From: Candidatus Heimdallarchaeota archaeon
Lineage (GTDB): Archaea; Asgardarchaeota; Heimdallarchaeia; JABLTI01
Direction: 5' to 3'
DNA: 45,146 nt
Assembly: GCA_019058275.1 (NCBI GenBank)
Contig: JAHLVW010000093.1
Span: forward strand, 1 to 45,146
Shown: positions 8,021 to 18,565 of the stretch, piece after piece
How positions within the stretch are numbered: the first letter of the stretch is position 1
Layout: every line of letters begins with the position of its first letter
Notes under the pieces: generated by a model
Told to the model about the DNA's origin: nothing
The model's database searches: none
Seen by the model: the letters and a program-made list of their open reading frames with translations, nothing else
Made by a program: the position numbers and the translations under genes

Positions 8021-8542
8021 TTAGAATTGTTCTATTTTCTTCATTTTCTTTAAAGCATCTTCTACAACCCAAGGCCAATAGGTCTCGAGAGCAGATTCAC
8101 CCCAGTCGTAGCCATTATTTCTTAAGAGATTTCTAATGTAAATCCCTATACCACCTTTGTTTTTAATGCCCCAAAGTCTGCCTTCGGATTCAATTATTTG
8201 AATAGCTTTGTTAATGAATGGAGCTTCAAGATTTGCAACCAGAAAACCTACTGCTTCCCCCCAAGATTTTTTAGTTATTTTCTTACCATCATCTTTTGGT
8301 AATCTTGCTCTTACTTTCTGTTCAATTACATCCTCAGCAAGATCTGATCCAATTTTTGAAAAGGTAGCATACAAAGATTGGCGTAATTGAGGATTGTCCT
8401 CAAGAGTTAATAACTCAGCTAGTGGTTCGATGAAGCGATCATCACCTTTTTCGCCGATGAAATCAAATAGAGTTTCTCTCTCTTTTTGATCCTTTTCATT
8501 TCTAATTTGTTCTAACATTTTCGAGTAGTCGAAATCACTCAT
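8021..8542 (-). CDS. HEAT-repeat-like hypothetical protein
   Basis: IGEKGDDRFIEPLAELL...LRQSLYATFSKIG resembles one PBS-HEAT unit. Confidence 0.6.
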   Translation of the reverse strand: MSDFDYSKMLEQIRNEKDQKERETLFDFIGEKGDDRFIEPLAELLTLEDNPQLRQSLYATFSKIGSDLAEDVIEQKVRARLPKDDGKKITKKSWGEAVGFLVANLEAPFINKAIQIIESEGRLWGIKNKGGIGIYIRNLLRNNGYDWGESALETYWPWVVEDALKKMKKIEQF

Positions 8543-8670
8543 TTTATATACCTCGAATATTGTCGGTAGACTATGTAACTTATAGCTAACTAACTTCAAA
8601 AGTCTTTTTACTAAAGATTGATGAAATAAATAGATTTACAATTAAAGAAAACCGACAAAATAAAAAGAGA

Positions 8671-9354
8671 TTATTCAGGAGGTCTATTCTTTACACCTTT
8701 CATAATTGCACCTAATAAATTGGTGTCTTTAAGAATTGCGTCTTTAAGGTCTGCTCCATCCATTATCGCACCAGATAAATCTGCACCTTCAAGGTTTGTT
8801 TTTATCAAGCGTGCTTCTTTTAGAAGTGCCTTTTTCATTATTGCCCCTTTTAAGTTCGTTTCTCTTAAAGAGGCAAATTGCATGTTGCAATAAGTAAAGT
8901 CTGCACCACTAAAGTCACTGTAATCCATATTTGCAAGGGATAATTTAGATCCATTAAATTTGGCACCAGCACCCTTAACTTCATAAAAACTGCCATTACC
9001 TAAATCACATTTAATAAAAATTGTGCCTTCAAGAATTGCATCATCAAATGTTGCATCTGGAAGCAAAGCTTCGCTAAAATCAGCTTCAGAAAGGTTGGTT
9101 TTTGAAAGGTTGGCTTCTTCTAGCTTAGCTTTCTTTAAAGAAGCTTTCTTCAAACTTACGCCTTCAAGAATTGCAGCGTCTAAGCAAGCACCATCAAGAA
9201 TTACTCCATCTAAATTCGCATTAGTAAGATCGGTATCAAAGAAATCAACATCGATGAGTGTAGCTCCACTGAGATCAACCCCAACAAGACTTGATGAACA
9301 ATAAGCATGGGCATCTTCTGAAAGTTTAGCTAATATTTCTTCCTTTGAAGGCAT
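8671..9354 (-). CDS. Pentapeptide repeat protein
   Basis: Long run of A(D/N)LxG-type pentapeptides. Confidence 0.95.
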   Translation of the reverse strand: MPSKEEILAKLSEDAHAYCSSSLVGVDLSGATLIDVDFFDTDLTNANLDGVILDGACLDAAILEGVSLKKASLKKAKLEEANLSKTNLSEADFSEALLPDATFDDAILEGTIFIKCDLGNGSFYEVKGAGAKFNGSKLSLANMDYSDFSGADFTYCNMQFASLRETNLKGAIMKKALLKEARLIKTNLEGADLSGAIMDGADLKDAILKDTNLLGAIMKGVKNRPPE

Positions 9355-9537
9355 ATTGATTTTCCCCAATTGAATGTCAGTCTAAAACGCTCTATCATGT
9401 ATAATAATGTTATTTGTGGTTTGGGTTTTGTAGTTTTAAATGGAAAATTCTGGAGGGTATAATGAAAATACTGAAAATAAATGTCTCTTACAGGAATCAG
9501 TGTTTGTTACTGATTATGATTTGTAGTGCTAACCTAA

Positions 9538-10304
9538 ATGGAAAAAATATCTTATAAAATCCGAACAACAAATCTAACAGAAGATGAGGTTAAGAAACTA
9601 ATTAAATATAAACTAGAAAAAAAGATAGTCCAACTTCCTTATGGATTTTGGCGATGTGATAAAGGAAAAGAACATTCAAAGACAGCAATCAGATATTTGA
9701 TAGAAGAACATTTGGCACTGGATATTGATGAGATACCAAAAAAAGTAACAGCTAAAACATTTCATGAAGCAGGTTTATTTAGAATATTAGTTGAGTTTTT
9801 CGATTCTTCATATTTCAAAGCAATAGATTATACATATCCTGATTATTTTAAACCCTGCAGTTTTCAAAGGGTATCAAAGGAATTTGGGATGGAGAAGAAG
9901 GGAGAAAAAGCTCTCTAGAAGCAATAAAACAAGTAATTGATAGTATGAATTTAGCTCTCGATGAAATGCCGAAAAAAATTGATTACAAGGTTTTCAAACA
10001 GCATGGATTAGGTGGAATGCTTCAAACATTGTATAATAGTTCACCTTATTTAGCTATAAATGCATTATATCCAAAAACGTTCAAACCATGGGAATTCAGT
10101 GTTAAGAACTATTGGAAAAACGAAACCAGAGATACAGCAGAAGAAGCTATAAAATGGTTAGTAGAAGAGAAATTGAATTTAGATAAAAATGAAATCTGGA
10201 AGGTAAGAAGAAAACACTTCTTACATTATAATTTAGGACAAATACTGAAAATATTCTATCAAAATTCCCATATACTAGCTTTGACTTATGTATACGATTT
10301 TTAG
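9538..10304 (+). pseudogene. DUF4046-like repeat protein split by a 1-nt deletion
   Basis: Repeats SYFKAIDYTYPDYFKP(W) and SPYLAINALYPKTFKPWEF; restoring one G at ~9857 (CCC TG[G] CAG) gives FKPWQFSKGIKGIWDG...DSMNL and joins both ORFs. Confidence 0.7.
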
Positions 10305-10395
10305 CTTAATTTTCGTTGCTTTATGATAAGACGAAAGCTTTCATATAGTATGGGTGAAATTACAGTATTGAGATTTAATTGGAGAAAGCACGAAA

Positions 10396-10812
10396 TTGAA
10401 GCTAAGATTACTTGATATTTTGGTTTGCCCTTTAGACAAAGAATGGCCGTTAAAAGTTCATATATTTGAAGATCGAAATATTGATGATCCAAAAATACCA
10501 AAAAAAGATGAGGAAACAAAAGTAGTTTGTAGATTTTATTGTGTAAAAAAAGATATTCAAATTATAGATGAATCCAATGATCAGAATAAGGTAACTGAAG
10601 ATGCTAAGAAGATAAATTATGATAGTGATTGTAAAGAATGTCTTTCAAAAGAAATAGTAGCAGGTATGATAATGTGCCCAAAATGCTCTACACTTTATCC
10701 TATTATAGATGAAATTCCTTTAATGTTAAAAGCAGAATTGAGAAATGAAGATATAGAAAAACAATTCTCAGAGAAATGGTCAGATAAAATCAAAGAATTA
10801 ATGACCAAATAA
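10396..10812 (+). CDS. Trm112-family methyltransferase activator (long form)
   Basis: MKLRLLDILVCPLDK...EIVAGMIMCPKCSTLYPIIDEIPLML. Confidence 0.88.
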   Translation: MKLRLLDILVCPLDKEWPLKVHIFEDRNIDDPKIPKKDEETKVVCRFYCVKKDIQIIDESNDQNKVTEDAKKINYDSDCKECLSKEIVAGMIMCPKCSTLYPIIDEIPLMLKAELRNEDIEKQFSEKWSDKIKELMTK

Positions 10813-10955
10813 GTAAATTAGGGAAACTTTTTAAGAAAAGTTAACGAAAACGAGAAAATGTAGTAAAATATGTCACCAACAAAAAACTATAATTAAGTGC
10901 CATTTAATAGAAAATATGTTAGATTAAATGGTGTCGAGAAAATACCTATAAGCAG

Positions 10956-11219
10956 GTGTTATCGAGGGTGAACAAGGACCTAACAGATATCGATCCATTA
11001 ATAATCTTCAGATGTAAAAACCATCAATGTAGACAAATATTCTCACCATCAACGATGATGAATGTTGCTAAACAAAAGGTATTCTTTGAATGCCCAGTAT
11101 GTGGTTCGCAATATGAAGCACAATATGCATTAGTATCGGGATATTCCAACAACGAAGTTATTATACTTCAAGAAAGACCACGTTTAGTTTATGTTGGGAC
11201 TAGAATAGCAAGTTCATAA
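10956..11219 (+). CDS. Small Zn-ribbon protein
   Basis: CKNHQC...CPVC. Confidence 0.6.
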   Translation: MLSRVNKDLTDIDPLIIFRCKNHQCRQIFSPSTMMNVAKQKVFFECPVCGSQYEAQYALVSGYSNNEVIILQERPRLVYVGTRIASS

Positions 11220-11251
11220 AAATAATCGAACAAAAATTAGAGGTCAAAAAA

Positions 11252-11803
11252 ATGGCCAATCGAAAAAGTAGAGATTCAACATATATATTCAAAGTGTTAT
11301 TAATCGGAGAAGCAGCGGTAGGTAAGACTAGTTTAACTATGAAATTCATTCATGGTAAGTTTAAGTCTGACTATCTACTAACGGTTGGAATGGAACCTTA
11401 TAGCAAATACGTAAAACTTGGAGAAGATATGGTAACGCTATCAATTTGGGACATTGCTGGTCAACAACGTTTTGATGTTTTTCGTACAATGTTTTTCAGA
11501 GGAGCGAAAGCAGCTTTATTGGTATTTGACCTTACTCGACCAGCCACATTAAATAAATTACAAGATTGGCATGATGATTTGATTAAGAATGCTGGCAAAG
11601 ATGTTATCACAATTCTAGTTGGAAACAAGAATGATTTAGTTGATCTTAGAAGTATTCCTAAAAAAGATGCATTAGCATATGCAAAGAAAATCAAAGCTTT
11701 AGCTTATATCGAAACGAGTGCAAAAACAGGCGAAAATGTTAACGATTCATTCCACATGATAACTAAGAAACTCGTTGAAAAAGCAAAAAATAGATTTGGA
11801 TAG
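11252..11803 (+). CDS. Rab-like small GTPase (Ras superfamily)
   Basis: G1 GEAAVGKTS, G2 TVG, G3 WDIAGQ, FFRGA, G4 NKND, G5 ETSAK; no C-terminal Cys. Confidence 0.95.
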   Translation: MANRKSRDSTYIFKVLLIGEAAVGKTSLTMKFIHGKFKSDYLLTVGMEPYSKYVKLGEDMVTLSIWDIAGQQRFDVFRTMFFRGAKAALLVFDLTRPATLNKLQDWHDDLIKNAGKDVITILVGNKNDLVDLRSIPKKDALAYAKKIKALAYIETSAKTGENVNDSFHMITKKLVEKAKNRFG

Positions 11804-11804
11804 T

Positions 11805-11826
11805 TGCTCCGAATTAATCCGGAGCA
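11805..11826 (+). terminator. Hairpin immediately after the GTPase stop
   Basis: TGCTCCG-AATTAATC-CGGAGCA followed by a T-rich tract. Confidence 0.45.
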
Positions 11827-11964
11827 TTCAGTTTGTTTTATAGGGAATATCTGCAGTAATTTATCAAAGGTTAGCATATAGGCTCTGTTTTGAATAAAAA
11901 AACAAGATTAAACTTAATTTTCATAACTTTAAAATTTTTAAAAGCTAAAAATCATATGTTTCTT

Positions 11965-12672
11965 ATGTCAGATGAAAACAGAAAACCATTGAATGTCGTA
12001 GCAGTATTTGCACACCCTGATGATGAAGCAGGTGTTATTGGAACTCTAGCTAATCACGCGGATAGAGGAGATAACGTTTACGTGATCTTTTTAACACGAG
12101 GAGAAAATGCTTCTTCTTTATGTTGCTCACCTGAGGAAATAATGGAAATACGTGCAGGACATGCAAGGAAAATTGAAAAGATCTTAGGTGCAGAATATCG
12201 ATTAATGGATCTGCCTGATTCGGGAGTTCATCCATCTGTTGAAAACGCAAAGAAATTAACAGGACATTTTAAGGAAATTAAACCAGATATAATTATTACT
12301 TGGTCACAATCCAATCAGTTGGGAACTGGTCATCCTGATCATCGATACACATACACAATAACTCTTGATGCGATATCTTATGCAAGATACAAAAATGACA
12401 GTCATATGCATGAACCTCATAGATCAAACATCAGTTTATATACCAATTATTTTGCTACAGATTCAAAACAAAAACCCTTTTTCGTGGATGTTACTAAACA
12501 ATTCGATAAGATAATGACAGTTTTAGATGCTTATAGTGAAGCATATGGACAGTGGCCAGTAAAGAAATATGTAACTGCTCAATTAATGATGTATGGACGA
12601 ATGGCTGGAGTAATGTATGCTGAAGCTTACAATAAGATTCTATGGCGAACTGCTCAACCATATCTCTATTAA
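11965..12672 (+). CDS. PIG-L/BshB/LmbE-family deacetylase
   Basis: AHPDDE, LTRGE, GHPDH, YAEAY motifs. Confidence 0.92.
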   Translation: MSDENRKPLNVVAVFAHPDDEAGVIGTLANHADRGDNVYVIFLTRGENASSLCCSPEEIMEIRAGHARKIEKILGAEYRLMDLPDSGVHPSVENAKKLTGHFKEIKPDIIITWSQSNQLGTGHPDHRYTYTITLDAISYARYKNDSHMHEPHRSNISLYTNYFATDSKQKPFFVDVTKQFDKIMTVLDAYSEAYGQWPVKKYVTAQLMMYGRMAGVMYAEAYNKILWRTAQPYLY

Positions 12673-12969
12673 TTAAAATAGTGAGATTTACATGAAATCT
12701 TTGATTTATAAATCAGCATCAGAGATTTTTTTTGTATTTCAATAGAATTTATGCTAATTAATCATCGTCAATTCAGTGTCTTAATATCCGAACTAAATCC
12801 TCTGTCACTTATTTGCTACTTTTAATATCTCGAATTGAAGAAAGACAGTGTTATGCATAGTTATTCCTATCTGAAGAATAACGCAAGATTTAAGTTTGTA
12901 GAATTTATGTGTAATTCTGATTTAGCAAAAATTGAAATACAATTCAGTGAAAAACGGTGAAGAGATAAG

Positions 12970-15186
12970 ATGACTAAATTTCTAGCTGAAATGTCATATA
13001 AGCGTCAAGAGATAAAGAAAGGTTACTCTGATAAAACGCTTCATATTGACTTATCAAAATTAACGATCGAAGAAAATTCTGTTCCCAAGAAAGTTCGTGA
13101 TACTTTCATTGGTGGTAAAGGTTATGACTTGTGGTTAATGTGGGAAAGTTTACCAAAAGATAGAATTGTTAAATGGGATGAACCAGAAAACCCTCTTTGT
13201 ATTGCTAGTGGACCACTTGGCGGTACTATGGGTTATCCCGGAGCAGGAAAATCTATAGTAACAGCTATATCTCCATTAACTAACATAATTATTGATTCTA
13301 ATGTAGGTGGTTTCTTTGGTCCATGGATGAAATACTCGGGTTTTGATGCTTTAAGAATTGTTGGGAAAGCAGAAGAACCAGTTGTTATTGTTATAGATGG
13401 AGTACAAGAAAAAGTTTGGATTGAATCAGCGGGTGATTTACCAACAGAATCCCACATTTTAGCAGAAAAGCTTAACGAGAAATACCGTAACATAGACAAA
13501 GAAACAGCTAAAGATGATAGACTATATGTATCTGTGGTATCAGCAGGTCCAGGTGCAGATAATGCCTATTTTGGTTGCTTAAACTTCTCTTGGTGGGATA
13601 ATCGAAGAAAACTAAATCACATTAAACAAGCAGGCAGAGGTGGCACTGGGACAGTTTTTAGAAACAAAAATATTGTTGCTATAGTTGCTCATTCTATATC
13701 AGTCAAACTTGAATCACAGAATCCTGAAGATAGAGATACTGCTAGACAAGTAGGTAGGAAACACTCAAGTGAAATTCTGAAGCTTGATCCAACACAAAAC
13801 AAGATGAGAGTTATAGGTACTGGACATCTTCCCTCAATTATGAGTGAATTTGATTTGTTACCAACATACAATTTCAAGTATGGTAGAGATGATGATGGCA
13901 AAGATAAGTCTCTTTGGGGTGACAAATACGAGAAAATTTTCACTAATACTGGCAAGGGTTGGGATGGATGTTGGCGTGGATGTGCGATAAATTGTGCTCA
14001 TTGTGTTGAAGCATTTGAATTGGAAACAGGACCATTTAAAGGACAAAAAGTCATGGTAGATGGACCCGAATATGAGACAATCGCTGGATGTGGTAGTAAC
14101 ATAGGAATATTTGATCCATTACATGTAGTAGAAATAAACTTCTATTGTGATACTTATGGACTAGATACAATTAGTTTTGGAACTGCAACAGGTTTTGTTA
14201 TGGAAAGCTATGAAGCTGGTATACTTAACAAAGAACGTACGGGTGGATTGGACCTAAAATTTGGTAATTTTGAAGATACAATGGAGTTAATGCATCGTAT
14301 TGCTAAAGGAAAAGATGAATTTGCCCTAATTTTTGCAAAAGGTATCAAGAAGATGAAAGTATACTTCAAAGCTAATTATAACCTTTCTCCAGAACAAGAG
14401 CAATTCATTCAAGATATTGGTATGGAACATAAAGGGCTTGAGTTTAGTGAATACATCACTAAAGAATCTTTAGCTCAACAAGGTGGTTATGGTTTAACCC
14501 TTAAAGGACCACAACATGATGAAGCATGGCTTATATTCTTGGATATGGTTCACAATTACATACCTACATTTGAGAACAAAGCAGATGCATTGTGCTGGTT
14601 CCCCTACTGGCGTACTTGGTTCTCTCTAAATGGGTTGTGCAAATTACCATGGAATGATGTTGTTCCTGATGACAATAAGGAAACTGATGCACCACACAAA
14701 GTTCCTGAACACATTCAGAATTATGCTACTCTCTTTGAATCAATTACAGGCATACCAATGGGTAAAACACCTGAAGAAAGAGAGAATAGCTTAATCAGCA
14801 GGAGCGAAAAGGTATACCAATTCCAAAGAGTATTTCAAGTTAGATTAGGTCATGGTAGAAGAATCGATGACAGTAATATACCTTATAGAGCAGTTGGTCC
14901 AGTAACTTTTGAGGAATACGAAAGTAGAATGGAACGCTATGATAAGCAACTAACAGAAATATTAGGAAAGAGCTTGGAAGAAGTACAACAGATGCCATTT
15001 GAAGAAAGACATGCTATTACCCGCAAACATAGAGAAGAACATTATAACAAACTACAAGATGTAGTATACAAAAAACGTGGATGGAATCACAAATCTGGCG
15101 TTATCAAATTAGAAAAAGCAAAAGAGATTTGGCCAGATTGGTTATTAAAAGAAGTTATGCCTTTCATCAAAGACCTTCAAGATTAG
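12970..15186 (+). CDS. aor: Tungsten-dependent aldehyde:ferredoxin oxidoreductase family protein
   Basis: FIGGKG, ISPLT...DSNVGG, AGRGG, CWRGCAINC, GPEYET, CDTYGLDTIS. Confidence 0.92.
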   Translation: MTKFLAEMSYKRQEIKKGYSDKTLHIDLSKLTIEENSVPKKVRDTFIGGKGYDLWLMWESLPKDRIVKWDEPENPLCIASGPLGGTMGYPGAGKSIVTAISPLTNIIIDSNVGGFFGPWMKYSGFDALRIVGKAEEPVVIVIDGVQEKVWIESAGDLPTESHILAEKLNEKYRNIDKETAKDDRLYVSVVSAGPGADNAYFGCLNFSWWDNRRKLNHIKQAGRGGTGTVFRNKNIVAIVAHSISVKLESQNPEDRDTARQVGRKHSSEILKLDPTQNKMRVIGTGHLPSIMSEFDLLPTYNFKYGRDDDGKDKSLWGDKYEKIFTNTGKGWDGCWRGCAINCAHCVEAFELETGPFKGQKVMVDGPEYETIAGCGSNIGIFDPLHVVEINFYCDTYGLDTISFGTATGFVMESYEAGILNKERTGGLDLKFGNFEDTMELMHRIAKGKDEFALIFAKGIKKMKVYFKANYNLSPEQEQFIQDIGMEHKGLEFSEYITKESLAQQGGYGLTLKGPQHDEAWLIFLDMVHNYIPTFENKADALCWFPYWRTWFSLNGLCKLPWNDVVPDDNKETDAPHKVPEHIQNYATLFESITGIPMGKTPEERENSLISRSEKVYQFQRVFQVRLGHGRRIDDSNIPYRAVGPVTFEEYESRMERYDKQLTEILGKSLEEVQQMPFEERHAITRKHREEHYNKLQDVVYKKRGWNHKSGVIKLEKAKEIWPDWLLKEVMPFIKDLQD

Positions 15187-15201
15187 AAAACTGATGGTTT
15201 A

Positions 15202-15224
15202 ATAATGCACCATTGGTGCATTAT
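15202..15224. terminator. Perfect inverted repeat between convergent genes
   Basis: ATAATGCACC-ATT-GGTGCATTAT followed by a T-rich tract. Confidence 0.6.
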
Positions 15225-15252
15225 GTTCTCTATTTTTTCTTATTATATTAAT

Positions 15253-16297
15253 TCAAATGATTATGTAGAATTTTCGTTTATCCATTAGAACTGAAATACC
15301 CCAAATAGCTGCTATATTAATGAAACCACTTAGAAAAACCAAGGCTACATGGGCATCCCTATTTAGATACAATATCGAAAGTCCTAGAAATATTGGTTGA
15401 ATAATGTACAAAAATAAAGCATTCTTTCCTTGTGGTTGCAAGAAGTAGCTTTTGTTCTTTGTTAATCTTTGAAAATCATAAACATACCACATTGCCCAAA
15501 ATGTAACTGCTGCAAGTCCAATTGTTAATAGGATATATGAATGAGTCACCCTTAATTTGGATAAACCACCATATGCAGGAAAGCCCAAACTAACCCAAAT
15601 AAAATGCAAAGATGTACCTAGTACAATGAAAATTATTCCAATGATTAGGATTTCTAATTTGTCAATTTCCCGGAAATCATCCCCAATAGCAGTCGAAAGA
15701 ATCATCATAACTCCGTAACCAAAACATCCTATAAAACCTCCATGTCCATCATTGAAACCTAAATCACTTATTGTAATGAGAGTTCCATCTATGTTTACTG
15801 TTATACCTATTACGAATTGGTAAACCTCGAGGAGAATATAACCTATAATAAATCGATATGATTTTGGTATTTTGATAAAAAAAACTGTTAATATACCAGC
15901 TAAGCCAATTGCTTGCAAAACTCCCCAGCCAAAATTTATACCATAAGGAGTAATGTATAAACTTCCTAGGGTTCCAAATCCTAATAATGTAGCATATCGA
16001 CGAATAAATTTCACATAAGTTCTTACTGATCCATCTTTCTCTAAAGAACGTTCAAGGGACATTTTATATGTTTAGAGCAATTGCGAAAATGAAAAATGGT
16101 GCAACAAGATCTACATAAGTTAGACCAAAATCAATAGCATGTTTTGACCAAGCAGGAGTTGTATTGAACTCAGAAAGAGTGTTTACAAATACCATAGCAA
16201 CGATAACTATCCCGCGAAAAACATCAATGCTCATATAACGAATTTTCTTTTTGATATCTGAGGATAGTGAATCAACTGTAGTGGTCATTTCTTTCAC
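15253..16297 (-). pseudogene. HGSNAT/DUF5009-like membrane acyltransferase split by a 1-nt insertion
   Basis: RYMSIDVFRG, GLTYVDLVAPFFIF, WGVLQAIG, LSK; removing one base at ~16072 gives ALTYKMSL and joins 16064-16297 to 15253-16062. Confidence 0.75.
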
Positions 16298-16403
16298 ACT
16301 TCTTAATCAGCATAACTTTTTGTAAACTGAAAAAGTTTCTTCTTTATACAAGTAATAAATAAAATAAAAGGTTTCGAGAAATTGCTTTGAAGAAAAATAG
16401 TGT

Positions 16404-17255
16404 TTACAAGCTCTCAATATTCTTCTTTACAATCTTAGCAAACTCTTTTGCACCAGGATTGAAATGCATATAACCAAAATAAGGCATTTGAAATATCTTA
16501 CTATTTGAAATCAGTTTTTGAATCTCAAAACACTCAGCTTCAGGATGATAGATATCATCCTTCGTACCATAAATCCAAGTTGGACATTTAATCATTTTAA
16601 AATCCTTAGAGCTATCCCATCTAGATATTTGTCTATTTTTCTTTACGCGCCATGAGGTTACTGATTCAATGTAATGTCTGCATATATCATATTGAATTCC
16701 TTCTGGAACAATTGTTTTAAACCACTTTTTTGTCACAGATTTTACAAATGGTTGAAGAATGAAACTGGGAAAAAGATAAGTAACAAAAATCAGCTTTTGA
16801 GAAGTATTCGGTTTTCTTATTGGTCCAAGTAATATTATGCCTGATGGGTTAAATAATTCTTCAGCAATTGATCTAGCAATATACAATCCTGAATTACTAG
16901 ATGCTATAATTACAGTTTTGTTTAATTCAAGATTAAAATGCTTTAACGTATCAAAAATATCTCTTGCATATCGGAAAATGTCACCGTTATGTCTAAATTT
17001 TAACTTTGATGAAGGTTTTTCTCGAGTCTCAAGAACATAAAGGTTAAAATCCTCATAAATAGCATCAAGAAAGTCACTCCAAGCTTCTCGAATAGCAAGA
17101 TAACCTGATAGGAAAAGAACATTTTTGACATCCTTAGAATAGACATTTCTTACAACTAGTAATTCTGCTCCATCGGACATCTTAATGTATTCTTTAACAG
17201 AATTTTCGTAAAATAATGCGTGTTGATTTTCTATTATCTCTTCAACATCAATCAT
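16404..17255 (-). CDS. Alpha/beta hydrolase fold protein
   Basis: MSDGAEL, VLFLSGY, IIASSNSG nucleophile elbow, IKCPTWIYGTKDD, late His. Confidence 0.8.
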   Translation of the reverse strand: MIDVEEIIENQHALFYENSVKEYIKMSDGAELLVVRNVYSKDVKNVLFLSGYLAIREAWSDFLDAIYEDFNLYVLETREKPSSKLKFRHNGDIFRYARDIFDTLKHFNLELNKTVIIASSNSGLYIARSIAEELFNPSGIILLGPIRKPNTSQKLIFVTYLFPSFILQPFVKSVTKKWFKTIVPEGIQYDICRHYIESVTSWRVKKNRQISRWDSSKDFKMIKCPTWIYGTKDDIYHPEAECFEIQKLISNSKIFQMPYFGYMHFNPGAKEFAKIVKKNIESL

Positions 17256-18558
17256 TTCGTCGTCCTCGTTTCCCTTGCCATACAGAAAAGAATTTCGGAA
17301 AAGTAGTAGCTTGATGCTTTTTGCATATGTTTTCAGAGATACTTCTTTCCAATGGAAAAACACGATTATTGTACAATTGTAATTCTTTGTTTATTTTATT
17401 TGCAAAACAACCGCTTTTTGGTTTTCCAATTATTTTATTCATTTCTAACCAAAGTTTACCTACATCCTCTTTCAAAACATTCCCAAATGACAAAGGAATA
17501 AAATCACAGGGTAGCAATTCACCAGAAGGGGTAATATAGGAATGTTGTGTACCAGCTCCACACCCGAATTTTTCGTCACTTTCAAAATAAGCAAAGGTTG
17601 TTAACTTTGGATAGGTTAATCGTCTATTATTATATTTCAATTGAAAATCAATCATTTTCTGTCTTGTAATTTTATCGAAAATTACCGCTTCATGTTTTTT
17701 AGGATCAAATAATCTTCCACTTGTTATTGGTTCAAGAATTCTCATTTCATGGACTTTCAGTTCCTTTCCAATCATTAATAATTGTTTTAGATTTTCTTTT
17801 GTGACATCATCTTTAGTAAAGTAAGCTTGTAGCATAGTATATAATCCTGCATCTCGAGCGTTTTTCAAAGCTTCAATAGAATTATCAAAAGCATCCTTAT
17901 TATTTCTAAATTCATTGAATTTTTCTTTAATATGTGTATCCAAACTTATACCAACTGCGAAAAGACCTGCATCTTTCAATGATTTTGCTCTTTCATATGT
18001 GAACCCTTTACCATTTGTATAAAGAATAGAAGAACTCCTTTCATCTATGGAGGAAATTATTTCCTCTAAATCATCTTTAAGTAGTGGTTCCCCACCAGTA
18101 AGTCCAATTACTGCAGTACCTATATTTTGTATGCCTTCTATGACTTCTTTCCATTGTTTAGTTGTAAGCTCATTTCCAGCATGTCTTCCTTTTGCACTAC
18201 AATGTTTACAATTATAATTGCATTTGTTTGTTAGTGCTAGAAAGAATGATAATGGTGCAGATCTAGTTGCATGCATTTGCTGTGTATAAATATCTTGATC
18301 ATCAGGAGTTGCTAATGCTAGTTGATAAAAGGCTTCAGAAGGAATGGGGGGTAAAAAGGAAGTAAGAACATATTTATCACCAAATTTGACAATCTTTTCT
18401 CCTTTAATCATTGTCAACATATACCTGAGTGTATTTATACTAGAAAAATTTGGATCTTGCCTGTAGATCTTCTGAATCTTAAAGATTAATATGCGAAAAT
18501 CCTTGTTCAAAAACATTCGCACAACCATAAACAGGTTATTGAGATTCAAACAGCACAC
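17248..18558 (-). CDS. Radical SAM/SPASM domain protein
   Basis: CNYNCKHC, TGGEPL, CGAG...YITPSGELLPC...GC; start uncertain. Confidence 0.9.
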   Translation of the reverse strand: MCCLNLNNLFMVVRMFLNKDFRILIFKIQKIYRQDPNFSSINTLRYMLTMIKGEKIVKFGDKYVLTSFLPPIPSEAFYQLALATPDDQDIYTQQMHATRSAPLSFFLALTNKCNYNCKHCSAKGRHAGNELTTKQWKEVIEGIQNIGTAVIGLTGGEPLLKDDLEEIISSIDERSSSILYTNGKGFTYERAKSLKDAGLFAVGISLDTHIKEKFNEFRNNKDAFDNSIEALKNARDAGLYTMLQAYFTKDDVTKENLKQLLMIGKELKVHEMRILEPITSGRLFDPKKHEAVIFDKITRQKMIDFQLKYNNRRLTYPKLTTFAYFESDEKFGCGAGTQHSYITPSGELLPCDFIPLSFGNVLKEDVGKLWLEMNKIIGKPKSGCFANKINKELQLYNNRVFPLERSISENICKKHQATTFPKFFSVWQGKRGRRND

Positions 18559-18565
18559 TCCAATC

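Noticed and set aside
12702-12715. Palindrome TGATTTATAAATCA upstream of aor
   Set aside because: Single AT-rich instance ~250 bp from the start; cannot be tied to a regulator
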